Shown here one piece after another: positions 59,555-64,000 of a DNA stretch of 64,000 nucleotides. How positions within the stretch are numbered: position 1 is the first letter of the stretch; every line of letters starts with the position of its first letter. Origin of the DNA: an uncultured Actinomycetes bacterium (lineage in GTDB: Bacteria > Actinomycetota > Actinomycetes > Streptosporangiales > Streptosporangiaceae). Position numbers and translations under genes: made by a program. The notes under the pieces are model-generated. The model did no database searches. It was not told where the DNA came from and saw only the letters and a list, made by a program, of their open reading frames with translations. The stretch is from NCBI GenBank assembly GCA_963800415.1, contig CAWDBS010000083.1, positions 210 through 64,209 of the forward strand. The letters are read 5' to 3'.

Positions 59555-60961
59555 CTACACCTGGACGAATTCGATGCCCATGAGCTGGCAGAACGCCTTC
59601 CAGTCGGCGGCGTGGTGGCCCAGGTTCATCACCTCGTGGTGCGGTCCGCCGTGGGACAGCCAGCCGTTCAGGCACTTGCGCAGCCCGGACGCGGGCCGGA
59701 ACTGCCCGTACGGCATCTCCAGCGCCGGCAGTTCCTGGCTGTCCAGGTTCTCGCCCTCGGCGACCACCAGCCGGAAACGGTCTCCCTCCAGCGAGACCAG
59801 CGCGGCCAGCGTGGCCGGACCGGGCTGGTACTGGAACAAGAACGTGGGCGGGTCGGCCAGCCGGCCGATGCCGAGCGGCCGCTTGATCAGCTTCACCGGA
59901 CGGTCGGACCGGGCGATCTTCCAGTTGCCCTCGCCCATGTGGCTCTGCAGGATCGAGTCCGAGGGGAAGTCCATCGCGTACATCTCGGTGAAGTGCGCGT
60001 CGCCGATCAGTACGTGCCCCGCGTAGACCAGGCAGGCGGTGAGCACGTCGCCCTCGGCGGCGTACCCGTAGCCCTTCGCCATCAGCGACGACGCCGCGGC
60101 CAGCGGCAGCCGGCTGAACCGGCCGTCCTCGCCGATCGCGTCGAAGTGCGCCGTGTAGGCGCCGAACCCGCGCATCCGCAGGATCTGCTCGATCGCCACC
60201 TGCATCCGCGCGTGGTCGCTCCGCTCCTCCGCGGAGAGCCGCGGATCGATCGAGAAGTTCTCGTCCTCGAAGGAGATGACCGACGCGACCGCCTCCGAAC
60301 TCGCCTCCTGCATGCCCCGCCACAGGTCGCCCTGCGCGACCGAGATGATGGCCGGGCCGAGCGTGCGGACCAGCGCGTTCTCGTCGACGCGGATGTCGCC
60401 CATCTCGTTCATCGCGTAGCCGAAGATCGCGACCTTGAGCCGCTTCCACGCGGTGGCGGCGGCCGCCGCGCGGGCCCAGCGCCCCACGTCGGCGCGGAAC
60501 GACGCGCTCTTCCAGTCGTCGGTGAGCACCGCGAACCGCTTCCCGGCCCGCACCATGGCGTTGGCCGTGTCCTGCGCGCCGTGCACGCCCTGGTTGTAGG
60601 TCATGTCGGCCATGTCCCAGGCAGGAGTCACGTTGGGCTCCGGCTGGATGTTGGCCAGGCAGACCGGCAGCCGGGACTCGGAGAGCAGCCGGGCCACCCG
60701 CATGGCCGGGCCGTAGGTGAGCATGACGACGAGCACGCCGTCCAGGTCCGCGTTCTCGAACTCGCGCATGGCGCGCTCGGCGTCCTCGCGGTACTTGATG
60801 GCCTTGCTCGGCGTGAACTCGGCCACGTCGGACAGGTGGGCGGCGAGTTCCGCGGCGTACCCCTCCTGCCGCTGCGCGATCCCGGGGATCATGTCGTCGT
60901 ACAGGTCCTGCATGATCCCGAGAATGCCGATGCGCGGCTTGCGCTCAGCCGAAGCAGTCAT
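59555..60961 (-). CDS. araA: L-arabinose isomerase (L-fucose/L-arabinose isomerase family)
   Basis: The intact 468-aa ORF reads ...RIGILGIMQDLYDDMIPG..., ...YNQGVHGAQDTANAM... and ...FTEMYAMDF...HMGEGN. It is the last gene of an araB-araD-araA arrangement. Confidence 0.8.
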   Translation of the reverse strand: MTASAERKPRIGILGIMQDLYDDMIPGIAQRQEGYAAELAAHLSDVAEFTPSKAIKYREDAERAMREFENADLDGVLVVMLTYGPAMRVARLLSESRLPVCLANIQPEPNVTPAWDMADMTYNQGVHGAQDTANAMVRAGKRFAVLTDDWKSASFRADVGRWARAAAAATAWKRLKVAIFGYAMNEMGDIRVDENALVRTLGPAIISVAQGDLWRGMQEASSEAVASVISFEDENFSIDPRLSAEERSDHARMQVAIEQILRMRGFGAYTAHFDAIGEDGRFSRLPLAAASSLMAKGYGYAAEGDVLTACLVYAGHVLIGDAHFTEMYAMDFPSDSILQSHMGEGNWKIARSDRPVKLIKRPLGIGRLADPPTFLFQYQPGPATLAALVSLEGDRFRLVVAEGENLDSQELPALEMPYGQFRPASGLRKCLNGWLSHGGPHHEVMNLGHHAADWKAFCQLMGIEFVQV

Positions 60962-60983
60962 GGTTCAGCTCTCCTTCCAGCAG

Positions 60984-61656
60984 TCAGCGCTGGCCGTAGT
61001 AGTTCTGGTAACGGGCGTGCAGCGCGTCCACCTGGTCGGCGGGCAGCGGAGCCAGCTCGCCGAAGGCGCGGGCCAGATGGACGGTACGCGCCACGTCTTC
61101 GCACATCACGGCGGCCTTCACCGCGTCGCGGCCGGTGCCGCCGATGGTGAACACGCCGTGGCTGCGCATCAGCACGGCGGGGGAGCGGTGCCCGGTCAGG
61201 GTCGCGACCACGCCCCGGCCGATCTCGTCGCCGCCGATCAGCGCGAACGGCCCGACCGGGACCTCGCCGCCGAACTCGTCGGCCATCGCGGTGATCACGC
61301 AGGGGATGGGCTCGCCGCGCGCCGCCCACGCGGTCGCGTAGCGTGGAGTGGGTGTGCACCACGCCGCCGACCTCGGGCATGTGCCGGTAGATGTAGGCAT
61401 GCGTGGCGGTGTCGCTGGACGGGCTCAGGCCCTCGGAAACAGGCTTGCCGTCCAGATCGCAGACCACCATCGACTCCGGGGTCAGGTCGTCGTAGGACAC
61501 GCCGCTCGGCTTGATCACCATCAGCCCGGACCCGGGAATCCGGGCGGACACGTTGCCCGAGGTCCAGGCGACCAGGTTGTTGCGCACGAGCTCGGCGTGC
61601 AGCACGCACACCGTCTCGCGCAGCGCGGTGACCTCAGCGCTCTCCGCCGTGCTCAT
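60984..61656 (-). pseudogene. araD: L-ribulose-5-phosphate 4-epimerase, 1-nt frameshift near 61340
   Basis: The N-terminal part ...LVAWTSGNVSARIPGSGLMVIKPSGVSYDDL...GGVVHTHST is in one frame. The sequence (Y)ATAWAARGEPIPCVITAMADEFGGEVPVGPF...MRSHGVFTIGGTGRDAVKAAVMCEDVA continues in another, down to the stop at 60984. Confidence 0.8.
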
Positions 61657-61672
61657 CAGCAGCCTCCTCGCA

Positions 61673-63366
61673 TCACGAACCGCCAGCCGTCCGGCTGAAG
61701 TACGCGCGGTCGCGGATCGCCCGCAGCCGGTGCATGACCTCGTTCGTCCCCCGCCCGAAATAGTCGTGCAGCCGCACGTACTCCGCGTACAGCTCGTCGT
61801 ACACGTCCGCGCTGGCCGGGTCCGGCCGGTAGACGTCCCGGTCGATCCGGCCCATGGCGGCCGCCGCGGCCGGCACGTCCGGGTAGGCGCCCGCGGCGAC
61901 GGCCGCGTGGATGGCCGAACCCAGGGCCGGCCCCTGCCCGGACCCGATCACGCTGAGCGGGCGCCGGGTGACGTCGGCGTAGATCTGCATGAGCGGGGCG
62001 CTCTTGATCAGGCCGCCCGCGACCACGAGCTCGGTCACCGGCACCCCCGCGGCGCTGAACGTATCGATGATCATCCTGGTGCCGAACGCGGTCGACTCGA
62101 GCAGCGCCCGGTAGATCTCCGGCGCGGTGGTGGCCAGCGTCAGCCCCACGATGGCGCCGGACAGCCGGCCGTCCACCAGTACCGAACGGTTGCCGCCCGC
62201 CCAGTCCAGCGCGATCAGCCCGTGCGCGCCGGGCGGCTCCGCCGTCGCCTGCTCGTCGAGCAGCCGCTGCAGCGAGACGCCGCGCTGCCGGGCCTCCTCG
62301 GCGAACTTGCCCGGGACCCCGTTGGCGGTGAACCAGGCGAAAATGTCGCCGACGCCGCTCTGCCCGGCCTCGTAGCCCCACAGGCCCGGCCACGATGCCG
62401 CCGTCGACCACCCCGCACATGCCGGGCACCTCGGCCAGCTCGGCGCCGTTCATCACGTGGCACGTCGAGGTGCCCATGATCGCCACCATCTTGCCCGGCC
62501 GCGACCGGGCCGGCCGCGGGCACGGTAACGTGCGCGTCCACGTTCCCGATCGCTACCGCGATCCCCTCGGGCAGCCCGGTCAGCTCCGCCGCGGCCGGGG
62601 TCAGGCCGCCGGCCCGGGCGCCGAGCGGCGAGATGGGATGGGCGAGCTTGTCGCCGGCGAAACCGGCGAAGCGCGGGTTCAGGGCGGCCAGGTACTCCCG
62701 GGAGGGGTAGCTGCCGTCCTGGTAGATGCCCTTGTACCCGGCCGTGCACGCGTTCCTGGTCTCGGTCCCGCACAGCTGCCAGATAATCCAGTCGGCGGCC
62801 TCGATCCACCGGTCGGCGCGCTGGTACAGCTCGGGGTCCTCCTCGAGCAGCTGCAGCGCCTTGGCGAACTGCCACTCCGAGGAGATCTTGCCGCCGTAGC
62901 GGTTGATCCACTTCTCGCCCCGCTCCTGGGCGACGGCGTTGATCCGGTCGGCGTGCGGCTGGGCGGCGTGGTGCTTCCACAGCTTGGGGTAGGCGTGCGG
63001 GCGCGCGGCCAGGCCCGGCAGCTGGCACAGCGGCGTACCGTCGGCGCGCACCGGCATGCAGGTGGACGCGGTGAAGTCGGTCGCGATGCCGATCACCTGG
63101 CCCGGGTCGATGCCCGCGTCCCTGACCGCGGCCGGGACGGCGGCGGCCAGCGCGCCGGTGTAGTCGGCCGGGTCCTGCAGGGCCCAGTCCGGCGGCAGCT
63201 CGCCGTACCCGGCGAGGGAACGCTCGATCGCGCCGTGCGGGTACTCGCTGACGGCGGTGCCCGCCTCGGCGCCGTCGCGCACCCGCACCACCAGAGCCCG
63301 CGCCGACAGCGTGCCGAAGTCCACGCCGACCACGTAGGCGCCATCCTTGTTAGCGCTAACATCCAT
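61673..63366 (-). pseudogene. araB: ribulokinase (FGGY family), at least three frame changes
   Basis: The N-terminus is YVVGVDFGTLSARALVV...WKHHAAQPHADRIN...SSEWQFAKALQLLEEDPELY. The middle part ([16 protein letters not shown]...) and the C-terminus (...[24 protein letters not shown]...) lie in different frames, with switches near 62500, 62390 and 62200. Confidence 0.8.
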
Positions 63367-63419
63367 GTGTCCGCCTTATCGTACGTTCCTTCCACTACAT
63401 TGTTGCCATCCCGGCCAGA

Positions 63420-64000
63420 TCAATGCGGCCCGGCGGCGCTCGCCCGGACGATCAGCTCGGGCGCCACGCGGACCCTGGGCCCAGCCGGGATCGCGCCGGA
63501 CATCCGGTTGACCAGCGTACTCAGCGCCTGCCGGCCGACCTCGCCGAAGTCCTGCCGCACGGTGGTGAGCGGTGGCAGGTAGAACCCCGCCTCGGGCACA
63601 TCGTCGAAGCCGACGATGCTGACGTCCTCGGGCACCCGGAGCCCCCGTTCGGTCAGCGCCCGGATGACGCCGAGCGCCATCGTGTCGTTGGCGCAGAAGA
63701 CGGCGGTCAGCCCCGGCTCCGCGGCCAGCTGGCCGCCCAGCTCGTAGCCGGAGCTCGCGGACCAGTCGCCGACCAGCACGGCGGGCTGGGCCGCGCCGGC
63801 CTCCAGCACGGCCTGCCGCCAGCCGTCGACGCGCTCCTTCGCGTCCAGGCAGGACGACGGCCCGGCGACGTGGAACACGGTCTGGTGCCCCAGGCCGAGC
63901 AGGTACCGGGTCGCCGCGACTGGCGCCCGCCATGTTGTCGATGGCCACCGAAGTCACCGACGCGCGGGTGCCGCAACCCACCGCGACCAGCGGCACCTCG
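63420..64000 (-). pseudogene. LacI-family transcriptional regulator (arabinose operon regulator candidate), 5' end outside the window, frameshift near 63900
   Basis: The periplasmic-binding-like effector domain reads ...FCANDTMALGVIRALTERGLRVPEDVSIVGFDDVPEAGFYLPPLTTVRQDF.... The upstream part (VAVGCGTRASVTSVAIDNMAGA) is in another frame. The reading frame continues past nt 64000. Confidence 0.7.

Overview
This is a 64-kb chromosomal segment from a high-GC actinomycete (about 70% GC or more, judged by eye). No rRNA, tRNA, CRISPR array, transposase or integrase was recognised.

Gene content, left to right:
- a 5'-partial large hypothetical protein
- a truncated cation:proton antiporter remnant abutting a split FUSC-family membrane protein
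- the conserved rpsO-pnp-M16 peptidase-dapB core block, which here contains a tandem ~2.78-kb duplication of pnp
- DUF2277, Nudix and DUF397 genes and a broken lipoprotein gene
- an adaptive-response operon (ada/alkA fusion plus ogt)
- a lower-GC patch with orphan ORFs
- a PHP phosphoesterase
- an NfeD-SPFH pair flanked by two paralogous HTH proteins
- a ureohydrolase, an NCS1 permease and a divergent XRE/cupin regulator
- menA, a GNAT gene, ilvD, a NERD protein, an amidase, a HAD hydrolase, proS, pepN, rpiB, an Eis-like GNAT and a PP2C phosphatase
- a hopanoid cluster: hpnC, hpnD, hpnE, a polyprenyl synthase, shc, hpnG-ispH and hpnH
- a MacB/FtsX-type ABC transporter
- a RIO kinase
- a heavily decayed WD40/TPR plus KAP P-loop NTPase island
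- an araA-araD-araB-LacI arabinose operon that runs off the right edge

Most notable observations:
1. The duplicated pnp region has frame disruptions in both copies, yet the differences between the copies are mostly synonymous.
2. A family of G6/C6-hairpin repeat elements (core CCCGGGGGGACGACCCCCC) has five copies. Four lie in the hopanoid cluster, two of them inside conserved coding sequence (hpnC and shc).
3. Single-base frameshifts are very unevenly distributed: some multi-kb stretches have none, others have about one per 250-300 bp.
4. A decayed KAP NTPase and WD40/TPR relic is present.

I cannot tell sequencing indel errors from genuine gene decay using the sequence alone. Genes with visible frame breaks are therefore called pseudogenes provisionally. 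No clearly novel multi-gene system could be demonstrated.
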